In this document: positions 1-8,739 of the stretch, piece by piece
Layout: each line of letters opens with the position of its first letter
Position numbering within the stretch: the stretch's first letter is position 1
DNA from: Acidilobaceae archaeon
GTDB taxonomy: Archaea > Thermoproteota > Thermoprotei_A > Sulfolobales > Acidilobaceae
NCBI GenBank assembly: GCA_038824665.1
Contig: JAWBBK010000003.1
Span: forward strand, 318-64,317
Reading direction: 5' to 3'
Length of the DNA stretch: 64,000 bases
Program-made: the position numbers and the translations under genes
Notes under the pieces: model-generated
The model's input: only the letters and a program-made list of their open reading frames with translations
The model's database searches: none
What the model was told of the DNA's origin: nothing

Positions 1-225
1 ATTGAGAAGACACTTAAGAGAGTTGAAATACTAAAAAAGTTATGTTCACAAATTAAAGAAGAGCTGTGTACAGCTAAGATGTTCATCTATAGTAACGAAG
101 GGATCAAGATCCCTGAGGTTAAGGGAGTTGAAGTAAATACTTATGAATCATCTACTGAAGCATTATGGGAAGCAGCCCACTACGTCATAGCTCTGCTTAA
201 TAATACAGAGTCAGGAGACGTCTGA
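1..225 (+). CDS. cas7: 3' end of probable type I-A Cas7 (Csa2), truncated by window edge
   Basis: Frame 1 is open to TGA at 223-225 (IEKTLKRVEIL...NNTESGDV*) and lies directly upstream of cas5. Identity inferred from the usual cas7-cas5-cas8a order. Confidence 0.55.
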   Translation: MEKTLKRVEILKKLCSQIKEELCTAKMFIYSNEGIKIPEVKGVEVNTYESSTEALWEAAHYVIALLNNTESGDV

Positions 226-250
226 AGCGACTCCTAAGAAATAAAGATCA

Positions 251-1276
251 ATGGGTATCGGAATGTCCACTCTAAGGCTTTTTTACGCTAATATAACTCT
301 TCATTGGGGATTTGTAGTGAGAATTCCCGGTGCTACTGCAGCTCAACCAGCACTAGCTATAGCTCCGCCTACGACTGTAGTAGGCGCTTTTGCAGCATCT
401 CTTCTAAGAGCTCTAGGGTATAGCGAAGGAAATATAAGCAAATACTTTGTGAATGGGTCTGAAAAGTCTCAAAAAGCGCCAGATACAGAAGCAGTCTTGT
501 CCCCAGTTTTCCAGAATATTCTAGATTCGACTATAGCCGCCTCTATGGGTTTACATCCACAAAGTGAAGGACCTGGAGTAGGCGTAACAATGGAAGCCTC
601 GCGGGTCTTAGCTGTACCTTATAAAACAGGAGGAGAAGAGCGGAGCAAATTTAAGACAAAACCTTATTCCCCAAAATTCTACGGACAGGGTATACCTGCA
701 GCTCTCCCCGTTCAAGCTGTAGGCGTAGCTTACGCTCCCTCTACAGTAGTTGACCTTGTTTGGGTTGTAGACGTTAATAAGCTTATCGAAGGTCTTCCTA
801 AAGAGGACGGAAGAAACATCAAGGTCAGTGATATAGATAGAATAGGTCTTAGCGTAGCCTACGGGGTTACTAGGCTAGGCTCAAAAGAGGGAATATGTTC
901 TGTAAACGTCGCATGTTACATCGAAGACCCCCCTACAGTCAATATAAACAAACCGTTCCAAGCGCATACTTACGTTCCTGTTGATTGTGTTGAACCACAA
1001 AACGTCAGCTTAGTCTCTAAAATTAGATTATGGAATCTAAAATATGAGCCAACAGAATATTATGCTCCAAGAGGTACTACGTTAACGCTAGCTTATCCTC
1101 CAACATCTAAATATGAGATACCTCACTATATATTAAGAGAGAATTGTGTAGCGTATCGTGTAGTGCCGGATCCGAATAAATGTAGGAAAGTCCATGATTT
1201 ACGTAACGTAGAGTCAATCATAGCTATTGGGCTAAGAGGTGAAGCAAGTGAGCGTAAGCATTCCTTTGTATCCTGA
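251..1276 (+). CDS. cas5: Type I-A CRISPR-associated Cas5 (Cas5a)
   Basis: N-terminal HWGFVVR...PPTTVVGAFA RAMP motif and RLGSKEG G-loop typical of Cas5a. Confidence 0.9.
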   Translation: MGIGMSTLRLFYANITLHWGFVVRIPGATAAQPALAIAPPTTVVGAFAASLLRALGYSEGNISKYFVNGSEKSQKAPDTEAVLSPVFQNILDSTIAASMGLHPQSEGPGVGVTMEASRVLAVPYKTGGEERSKFKTKPYSPKFYGQGIPAALPVQAVGVAYAPSTVVDLVWVVDVNKLIEGLPKEDGRNIKVSDIDRIGLSVAYGVTRLGSKEGICSVNVACYIEDPPTVNINKPFQAHTYVPVDCVEPQNVSLVSKIRLWNLKYEPTEYYAPRGTTLTLAYPPTSKYEIPHYILRENCVAYRVVPDPNKCRKVHDLRNVESIIAIGLRGEASERKHSFVS

Positions 1277-2540
1277 AACCCTGTTTGGATATTATTTACA
1301 GCTTACTGCGCTAGCGCTTGGAGGTTGGAAAGGACCAGTTACCGGTCAAATTAAGGTTAGTAGTGAAAACTACGTTAACCTAGTGAATACAGCTATAAAC
1401 AATATTATACAAATTAGGTTAGGAAAACAAGTGTCACCGAATGAAGTGTGTAACTACTTAAAAGGTCCACGGGTTTATAGAAGCGACTCTGGGTTCCTTA
1501 AAAAAGCGGATCTTCCAATACCTGCACGCATAGAACCTGATAAATATTGGTGCGTTGCTACGATGAATTATGTGAACAAAGTCATAGAAAAGCAGGGACC
1601 TTTAGACAAAACTAGCTATTCTCTACAACCTCTCAGGTTGCTCAGAGCAACGATATATGGTACTACAAGAGGGGTTAAACGTAAAGAAGTTGAGGATTTA
1701 GTCAAAAACACTACGATAGACTCTCTTGGCTTAGGATTGATAGGTGGGCTAGCCTCCTATATAGGTAGCTTTAAACTTAAAAGTAAGCACAATAAACGAG
1801 GAGAAGTGTACGAGTATTTCCTCATACCGGACGGCTCCCCCGAGTCTCTCGAATACATTAGCGAAGTCCTTGAAGCATTTCATGGAACTATTTTAGGGTC
1901 TGATAGCTTAGTCGACAAGATCAAGAAGCTAGCAATTATTGAAACAAAGATGAATGAAAAGACTCATAACAAGCAGGAAACGTGTAAACGTAAAAAAGAA
2001 GAAGAGGAAGAAGTTACTAGAACAAAGGGGTTAAGTTTAGATTTAGCTACACACTTTTCTACCTTAGTTCAAGCATTAGAAACCGTCAATATGAACGTAA
2101 TGTTAAGAGGTGCGATCGATAAGATGATGTTTGAGAGGTTCTTGCTCGTTAGAAACGTCGCCGGTGGTAATAGGCCTCAAATAATGTGGATTAGCCCTCT
2201 AGCTGTCTCACAGATAGTTACCGAGGTGAAAGCAAAGAATGCTGAAGAGGTCTTAATTAACTTATATAAGCTTGCACAAAAATTAGCCTCCCTTCATGTC
2301 ACTTCGAACATTTCAGAGAAGAGTGATAAAAAGAAGAACAAAGCTTTAGACCCCGCCTCTAAATGCGTTAATAATATCATCTTGTATCTTTGGAGCGGAC
2401 AATTAGACTTCCTAGCTGAGTGCTCTAGAGAATTAGCTGTTTTATTCGATGAAACTTTAGAAAACAAGAATATGAAGGATTTGGAATATGATGTGTACAG
2501 ATTGCTTTCTAATATAACGAGACTCACTAAGCTGAGATAG
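1239..2540 (+). CDS. cas8a: Type I-A Cascade large subunit Cas8a (Csa4-like)
   Basis: 433 aa between cas5 and cas3'; starts IPLYP and has a GLIGGLASY segment. Called mainly from position and size. Confidence 0.65.
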   Translation: MKQVSVSIPLYPETLFGYYLQLTALALGGWKGPVTGQIKVSSENYVNLVNTAINNIIQIRLGKQVSPNEVCNYLKGPRVYRSDSGFLKKADLPIPARIEPDKYWCVATMNYVNKVIEKQGPLDKTSYSLQPLRLLRATIYGTTRGVKRKEVEDLVKNTTIDSLGLGLIGGLASYIGSFKLKSKHNKRGEVYEYFLIPDGSPESLEYISEVLEAFHGTILGSDSLVDKIKKLAIIETKMNEKTHNKQETCKRKKEEEEEVTRTKGLSLDLATHFSTLVQALETVNMNVMLRGAIDKMMFERFLLVRNVAGGNRPQIMWISPLAVSQIVTEVKAKNAEEVLINLYKLAQKLASLHVTSNISEKSDKKKNKALDPASKCVNNIILYLWSGQLDFLAECSRELAVLFDETLENKNMKDLEYDVYRLLSNITRLTKLR

Positions 2541-2556
2541 TCGTGAGGGGTGAAAA

Positions 2557-4344
2557 ATGGAGAGATGGAAGGTTTTAGCCAACAAGATCTACAATATGCT
2601 CAATATGAATTACGAGCTGGTCTTCGTCTTCGCTCCTACGAGCTACGGTAAAACAATGGCTTCACCGTATTTACTTGATCTTGCACGTAAGAACATGATG
2701 GCTAGCAGGCTTATTCACGTTGTTCCCGTTAGAACTCTCCTTAGAGAAATATATAATGAAAAGTTTAAAAGCTTCTCTGATTATCTTAATGTTAGCTACC
2801 AGTCTATGGATAGGATTCCTGGAGGGAGCAAGAGTCCATATTTTCTTTCAGACATTATTGTAACTACTTTAGATAGCTTCCTCTGGAATATATATAAAAT
2901 CCCTGTAGCTGAGATATCGAAGATCTTACGCAATATATCGATGGGTCATTACTATCCTGCTCTAGCAGCGATACAGACCTCTATAGTGGTCTTCGACGAA
3001 GCTCACGTTTATATAGGTGAGCACGAAGAAGATAAAGAGAGAATAGCGATAATATCTGCACTTAACGCTATACGCGAGCTTGAAGTGCCTATCGTTCTCT
3101 CTACAGCTACTATGTCCTCAAAGCTTGTAGAAGCGATCATAAACACTTTAGGTTTGGACAGAAATAAGGTTGGAGTAGTTTATGCTTGCAATAAAGCGTG
3201 TAACAAACACGTAAGGAGATTAGAAAAGTATTTAAAGCTAAAGGTAGAGTACATAGATAACTTATCTAGCACGGTCAATTGGAACACGCGTGTAGTTGAT
3301 GACAAAGATGTAAATAGTTTAGTAAATCTAGTAGGAAAGTATTGTCGCGACAAGATCGTACTCGTAGTAGCCAATACTGTTGAGAGAGCTGTAGAATTAT
3401 ATAGGAAGAGTAAAGAGAAATGTAAAAGAGCAACGCTAATCCACTCTAGACTAACGGAGGAAGACAAGGAGAAATCTTATAATGAAATTAGAGAGATTAA
3501 AAATGAGAGAAAAGGGTTAATAGTTGCTAGCCCGATAATAGAGGTCGGAGTCGAAGTTGACGCTGATATCCTAATAACGGATGAAGCGCCTCTAGAGAAC
3601 TTGATCCAAAGAGCTGGAAGACTTTGTCGTAGTAGAAGTGGTCAATGTAATGCCGAGGTAATTATATTGAAGAACGTTGCAGGCGATTATCCCTACGATA
3701 AGAATGATGTCCAGAGAAGTGTTGGAGCAATAGAGAATATAGTGAAAAATGGAAGGTGTATAGAGTGGAGGCTCTTCAGCTCTGAAAACTGTGAACCAGT
3801 TATCCAGATACTTGACCGTATTGCTAAAGATTTTAGCGTTACTTCGAGTAGAATACTTAGAAACTATTTGGTATTTGATTCTACGCCAAAAATCTTGATA
3901 GAGGAGTTAAACCTTAAGAATTTGTATAATTTGTTTAGAGGCTTCTCTATGGTAAAAGCGGTTGTAGACATTTCGAACTGCAAAAGAAGCGATAATAGCG
4001 TTGATATCGACTGTATAAAGGATAAATTCTTCGCAACCAGCGTAGAGACGCTTAGATGGCTAGAGAGTAAGATGAAGTGTTTGGAAACGGACAACGATGT
4101 CGATAAGAATAGCGTCAAAGCGTTGGTTTTAATAGCTAAACGAAGCGCGTCTGAGAAAAACGTATTTAGCGTTAAAGAGGTAGATTCTGTTGTCCTACAT
4201 AACGCTATCTTTAAGGAAGGTTATCATATACTAAAAGTGCATAGGGATATCGAGAAAGTTCTTGATGAAGGTGAGGTTGAAGTAGATTTCTTCGTTAAGA
4301 TTAAGCCAGAGTGCTATAGTGAAGGTGAAGGAGCGTATGTCTAA
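2557..4344 (+). CDS. cas3: CRISPR-associated helicase Cas3'
   Basis: APTSYGKT Walker A, VTTLDSF, FDEAH, STAT, IHSR, EVGV.VD and QRAGRLCR motifs; no HD domain (split Cas3). Confidence 0.95.
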   Translation: MERWKVLANKIYNMLNMNYELVFVFAPTSYGKTMASPYLLDLARKNMMASRLIHVVPVRTLLREIYNEKFKSFSDYLNVSYQSMDRIPGGSKSPYFLSDIIVTTLDSFLWNIYKIPVAEISKILRNISMGHYYPALAAIQTSIVVFDEAHVYIGEHEEDKERIAIISALNAIRELEVPIVLSTATMSSKLVEAIINTLGLDRNKVGVVYACNKACNKHVRRLEKYLKLKVEYIDNLSSTVNWNTRVVDDKDVNSLVNLVGKYCRDKIVLVVANTVERAVELYRKSKEKCKRATLIHSRLTEEDKEKSYNEIREIKNERKGLIVASPIIEVGVEVDADILITDEAPLENLIQRAGRLCRSRSGQCNAEVIILKNVAGDYPYDKNDVQRSVGAIENIVKNGRCIEWRLFSSENCEPVIQILDRIAKDFSVTSSRILRNYLVFDSTPKILIEELNLKNLYNLFRGFSMVKAVVDISNCKRSDNSVDIDCIKDKFFATSVETLRWLESKMKCLETDNDVDKNSVKALVLIAKRSASEKNVFSVKEVDSVVLHNAIFKEGYHILKVHRDIEKVLDEGEVEVDFFVKIKPECYSEGEGAYV

Positions 4345-5227
4345 TTTGGAGTGGCCGCTAGCTTATGCTGAAGGATCTCCAGAAGACCATCAAGTCGTTA
4401 GCTTAAGCGACCATTTAAGTAATACTGCTAAGATGGCTTTCTGTTTGTTTGACAACGATCTAGAGGTCTTATCTAAGAGAGCTAGAGTCGATAAGAAAAC
4501 GCTCACTAAGACGCTCGTTTTATCTGCTGGGCTACACGATATTGGGAAAGCTTCACGTTATTACCTTGAGAAATGGTTTGAAAATCGGAGGCTGACGTTT
4601 CCTTATCATGAGTTCTTATCGGCTTTGATCCTTTACGAACTGTATCAACGATATGTAGACGAATCTAAACGTGAGCGTGAACTCGCGTGTTTATTTAGAA
4701 CTTCGGCTAAGATAGTGTCTAGACATCATTCATCAATGCTCAATAGACATCCATCTAATCATGCCGATATGAATTTGATAAACGGAGTTAGGGATGCTAC
4801 ACAAAAGATAACGAGTTCAGACGTTATGAAAGCTCTCGAGCAACTCTTATGTAATATGCAACTCTTATGTAATATATGGATTGTAAAGGATGAGCTTGAT
4901 ATTATTATGACGAGAGTAGAGGACGTTATATCTCAGCTTAATAAAATGGAGAATAACGATATAAAATCAATTGTTATGACGATAGCGGACCTTAGGTCTG
5001 ATCCAGGAGACGTATGTGGTAACATGAACGAACTCGTAGTCGTTAGAACTATAACGGGATTCCTCATAATAGCTGATAACATAGTCGCTAGCTACGAGAG
5101 AAGAAGCACTGATGACTCGCCTATGCCTGCTTATATTGGAAGCTGGATAAGAGAATTAGAGCGAAGGCTTGAATGTTGTTCTCGTCTTTTAAGTTGTTCT
5201 GAGAATTTCTCCTCCTTTACTTTTTAA
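4337..5227 (+). CDS. cas3'': CRISPR-associated HD nuclease Cas3''
   Basis: LSDHL, LHDIGKA, HEFLSA, SRHH and IIADN metal-binding motifs. ATG at 4337 overlaps the cas3' end. Confidence 0.93.
   Translation: MSNLEWPLAYAEGSPEDHQVVSLSDHLSNTAKMAFCLFDNDLEVLSKRARVDKKTLTKTLVLSAGLHDIGKASRYYLEKWFENRRLTFPYHEFLSALILYELYQRYVDESKRERELACLFRTSAKIVSRHHSSMLNRHPSNHADMNLINGVRDATQKITSSDVMKALEQLLCNMQLLCNIWIVKDELDIIMTRVEDVISQLNKMENNDIKSIVMTIADLRSDPGDVCGNMNELVVVRTITGFLIIADNIVASYERRSTDDSPMPAYIGSWIRELERRLECCSRLLSCSENFSSFTF
4841..4875 (+). repeat. In-frame 18-bp tandem duplication inside cas3''
   Basis: caactcttatgtaatatg followed by caactcttatgtaatat, encoding QLLCNM-QLLCNI. Confidence 0.9.
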
Positions 5228-5588
5228 TTTAATTGTGTTTAGTTATGTTAGAACTCGCTAACCTAGTTCTGTAACTAGTTATCAGCTAGAGGCTTAGCTA
5301 AGAGGATGAGCTGACGTGTGTTTTCTCTTGATAATGAACTTCGAGGCTCAACAACAGATAGCGCGTTATGTTCAAGATCATGAAGGCACGTTAAAGCTTT
5401 ATGTGTATTCAGAGAGAACAGCGTAAAGTAGACCTTCTGATCGCTCATACCTTATAGCGACACTAGAGGTCTACTAGAAGTTCGCAAACGTTAAGAGTTG
5501 AACTATAGAAACAAGGCTTTTAGAAACAGAAGATCGACTGTTGAGATTTAAAGCCTTCGGTCTAACTATCGAGCTTCAGGGAGCAGCT

Positions 5589-5876
5589 TTGAAGTTCCCG
5601 AAGAAGATTAGAGCGTATTGCGCTAGATGTAAAACGCATACTGAGCACTCAGTCTCGATCTATAAACACGGCAAAAGGAGGACTATGTCGCAAGGACAGA
5701 GAAGATATTTGAGAAAGCTTAAAGGATATGGAGGTAAGAGAAAGCCAGAACAAAAAGACTTCGCTAAAGTAACGAAGAAGGTCACGCTAAGAATAGCTTG
5801 TAGTCAATGTGGATATAAGAGACATATACTCAACGTGAGACTCAAAAAGATAGAACTAGTAGAACCAGCTAGGTGA
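5589..5876 (+). CDS. rpl44e: 50S ribosomal protein L44e
   Basis: [20 protein letters not shown]...KGYGG...KVTKKV...CSQC; TTG start at 5589 after a GGAG RBS. Confidence 0.96.
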   Translation: MKFPKKIRAYCARCKTHTEHSVSIYKHGKRRTMSQGQRRYLRKLKGYGGKRKPEQKDFAKVTKKVTLRIACSQCGYKRHILNVRLKKIELVEPAR

Positions 5877-6100
5877 AGCGTATGAGTTTGCCTTCTGTAG
5901 GCATCAAGAAGAGAAAGATCTTAGTGCCTCAGCCTAGAAGCAGGTTTTTACTTGTAGTTTGTCCTCAGTGTGGAAACTCTCAAGTGATCTTTTCTCATTC
6001 TACCTTTCCTGCTCGATGTCTTCTATGTGGAACTCAGTTAGTAAAAACAGCTGGAGGGAAAGCTCAAATACTAGGCAAAATCGAGAGGATCTTAGGATAA
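5873..6100 (+). CDS. rps27e: 30S ribosomal protein S27e
   Basis: [24 protein letters not shown]...CLLCG...GGKA; coupled to rpl44e. Confidence 0.96.
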   Translation: MKRMSLPSVGIKKRKILVPQPRSRFLLVVCPQCGNSQVIFSHSTFPARCLLCGTQLVKTAGGKAQILGKIERILG

Positions 6101-6226
6101 CCTTGAATCACAAAAGCTGTTGTACGATCGTGATCTCTTCTCAAACAGTTGACAGCTTTAAAACATAAAAAGACGTTAAGACTTACGCTTTATTTTTGAT
6201 CTTAGCTTCAAAGAGGGAAACAATTA

Positions 6227-7117
6227 TTGAGTGAAGAAAGAGGAGTTGTTGGAGACGTTTTAGTAATAGTTAGACTGAATGGAGTTCTTAAAGCTGTTAA
6301 GCTTGATGACATTAAGACGTACAAAGACACAGGCTACAACATAGAGGTATATGGAATCAATAAAGACTTAATCGATAGATTTTATCGTCTTAAAGACGTT
6401 GAGGAAAACGAGTGTAAAGACTTAGCTGTAGTCTATGTCAAAGGTCATCACTCTTTGTCTCTATGCGAAGATCATTTGGTTCCGGTCGCAGGACCTCGCG
6501 GTCTTGAAGAAAAGCCTGTTCGAAATTTAAAGCCAGGAGACTTCGTGTTCAGCTTCGTTAAAAACCGTCTTCAGGAAGAGTCTGAACGACTTTCACAAAG
6601 CCTATTGTTGGAAGAAAAAGATGAGATAACGTGTTCTAGAAGACCTGAAGATTTAGCGGTCTCTCTTTGGTCTTTAAGACTTAGCGGTATCCTTTCAACT
6701 CTCGCTATCAACAAGCTTTGTCTGAAATCTTATCTTACGAGAAGAGAGAGAGATAGAGTTGAGAAGCTTCCTATGTTGTTCTTCAAAGAGCTAAAGCTGT
6801 ATCTCAGAGAAGCTACAAGACGTTCAGATCATTGTAGACATGTCTACTCACATCTTAAAAATAGAAGAGCTGTTTCGAAACGTATAGCTTTACATGCTTT
6901 AAGAGACCTTTTGGAACTCGTGTCTTCTAAAGAAGTTAAAAAAGAGGTTCTCGAACTATTAGAAGCTTTGATCAAACTTGCTTCAAGCAACCTCTACGTT
7001 GCTGAGGTGTCTAGAGTAGAGATGCAGAGAGTTGAGAAAAACGTAAAAACGTATTCTTTAAAAGTCGAAAAAGCAACTTATGTCTTCTTAGGATTAGCTC
7101 CTATCCTAATAACTTAA
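6227..7117 (+). CDS. Stand-alone intein-like Hint-domain protein lacking splice-junction residues
   Basis: Block A-like GVVGDVLVIVR, block B-like LSLCEDH, LKPGD, and C-terminal LASSNLYVAEV..TYSLKVE..FLGLAPILIT (blocks F/G) ending without HN. Confidence 0.75.
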   Translation: MSEERGVVGDVLVIVRLNGVLKAVKLDDIKTYKDTGYNIEVYGINKDLIDRFYRLKDVEENECKDLAVVYVKGHHSLSLCEDHLVPVAGPRGLEEKPVRNLKPGDFVFSFVKNRLQEESERLSQSLLLEEKDEITCSRRPEDLAVSLWSLRLSGILSTLAINKLCLKSYLTRRERDRVEKLPMLFFKELKLYLREATRRSDHCRHVYSHLKNRRAVSKRIALHALRDLLELVSSKEVKKEVLELLEALIKLASSNLYVAEVSRVEMQRVEKNVKTYSLKVEKATYVFLGLAPILIT

Positions 7118-7858
7118 AAGTAGTTTCTTAAATCTAAGCGCGTCTTCAAACGAATAAACGTTATTGAAAAGCACGTAAGCGACTTCAGGGTTTAGCTCTT
7201 CCAATATCTTCTTTAATTGAAGCAAGTCTTCATCTGTATACTTGTATCTATAGTTCACTTCTTGACCTCCGAGACCATGGAGTCTGAAGTACGCGATCTC
7301 TCTTTGTTCTTTAAGAACTCTGCCTCTAAGAGCGTCTCCGCCTATAACTACTTCAGCATGAGTTGCAACGTTAACTAGCTCGTCTGGTTTGTTCCACCAA
7401 TCTCCTCTAGGCTCCCACACGATAATCTTGCCTCTTCTCGGAACGTTTTTGAAGAACTCAAGCGCTCTGACTTTGTTGACTTCGTTGAAGCTAAACGAAG
7501 GAGGAGTTTGAACAACTATTATCTTAGAGCTGAGAGCATCAGCTACTTCAAGGGTTTTCTCCCAAGCCCAAAGGACCTCTTCAGTTAGTTTGAGAGACCC
7601 GTAGTTTTCTAGCCTTCCTGGAATCTCTTCTTTGAGTTTAGACCAAAGGTTTTTGTTGTATTCATGTGTAATCAACATCCAAGCTTTTATTGTAAACTCA
7701 AACGTGCTAGAAGCCTCTTTGCGCCATTTGCTGTAACTCTCTGTTCTAGGATCGTAGAAGGTTTGTTGTACTTCTAGCACGTCGAGATTAGAGTAGTGAG
7801 CTTTACGAGATTTCTGAAATCCGCAAGTGCCTATCTTAACCTTCATGTCTGTCTCCAA
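7106..7858 (-). CDS. DUF72 family TIM-barrel protein
   Basis: IGTCGF, EVQQTFY, FTIKAW..ITH, QTPPSF, WEPRG, YFRLHG, YKYT, VLFNN motifs. Confidence 0.93.
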   Translation of the reverse strand: METDMKVKIGTCGFQKSRKAHYSNLDVLEVQQTFYDPRTESYSKWRKEASSTFEFTIKAWMLITHEYNKNLWSKLKEEIPGRLENYGSLKLTEEVLWAWEKTLEVADALSSKIIVVQTPPSFSFNEVNKVRALEFFKNVPRRGKIIVWEPRGDWWNKPDELVNVATHAEVVIGGDALRGRVLKEQREIAYFRLHGLGGQEVNYRYKYTDEDLLQLKKILEELNPEVAYVLFNNVYSFEDALRFKKLLLSY

Positions 7859-7933
7859 AAGCTTAGAGAAAAGGTTAGAGATTTTGAGATCGCTAGCCTT
7901 TATCTCTGAGAGGAGATAACGAGTTCAGTTCTT

Positions 7934-8344
7934 TTAACCGATCTTTCTTATTCTAAGCTGAACCACGCTTTCTAAAGCGTTTAGATAAGTTCTAAGGTCG
8001 TCAGGAGTTATCATAGACTTAGAGAAATCTACTATTAACGTACACTCAGCTTCTTCCCCTCTGACTATAGTCGTACATCTAGTTATCAACTGGTCTATGT
8101 TGACTTTAGCCAAAACTTCAGCTACAGAAGCGAACGCTCCTGGTTTATCTAAAAGTCGCAACTCGATCTCGTAAAGCCTTTCTGGCGATGCGCTTACAGG
8201 TGTCAACTCTATCTCTCTTTTATCGATATCTGCTACCATAACTATATGCATTCCAGGCTCGATACCTAAGGCCTCTCTTATAGACTGAGGGATCGTGAGA
8301 CGACCTTTAGGGTCTACCTTGACTATCTCAGATAGCTTAGTCAC
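7934..8344 (-). CDS. AbrB-family regulator with C-terminal ACT domain
   Basis: VKVDPKGRLTIPQSIREALGI (AbrB) plus DKPGAFASVAEVLA (ACT). Confidence 0.9.
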   Translation of the reverse strand: MTKLSEIVKVDPKGRLTIPQSIREALGIEPGMHIVMVADIDKREIELTPVSASPERLYEIELRLLDKPGAFASVAEVLAKVNIDQLITRCTTIVRGEEAECTLIVDFSKSMITPDDLRTYLNALESVVQLRIRKIG

Positions 8345-8484
8345 TTAGTTCCACCTGTAATCTCTTAAAGATTAAGCTTTAAATATGTGTATTTTTGTGG
8401 AGAAATTGTGGGCTCTTTCAAAAACCTTCTATAGTTAAAATTTATATCCTGTTTAAATTTAAAAAGAGAGTGCTGGGTCTGAAA

Positions 8485-8739
8485 TTGACTTATAGAAAGC
8501 TGTATAGAGTTTATTATACTACGTACTCTGACGAACTACACGAAAAGGTGAAAAAAGCGCTTGTTGAAAAGTTTAGAACAGAGATCGTAGACCACTCTTC
8601 TATAGTACATCCTGAATTCCGTTTTTTAGAAGTCTTGTTAAAAGAGCCTAACAAAAGCAGTGAGATAGCTGAAGTCGTAAACTCGATTTTAGGTTGTGAA
8701 CAAGTTAAGGTCGATTGGATAGACACTGAGGTGGGCTAG
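8485..8739 (+). CDS. Small conserved-looking hypothetical protein upstream of ileS
   Basis: ORF abuts the ileS start; likely TTG start at 8485. Confidence 0.6.
   Translation: MTYRKLYRVYYTTYSDELHEKVKKALVEKFRTEIVDHSSIVHPEFRFLEVLLKEPNKSSEIAEVVNSILGCEQVKVDWIDTEVG

Noticed and set aside
5228-5588. CRISPR array or leader after the cas operon
   Set aside because: No regularly spaced 24-37 bp repeats here or anywhere else in the window.
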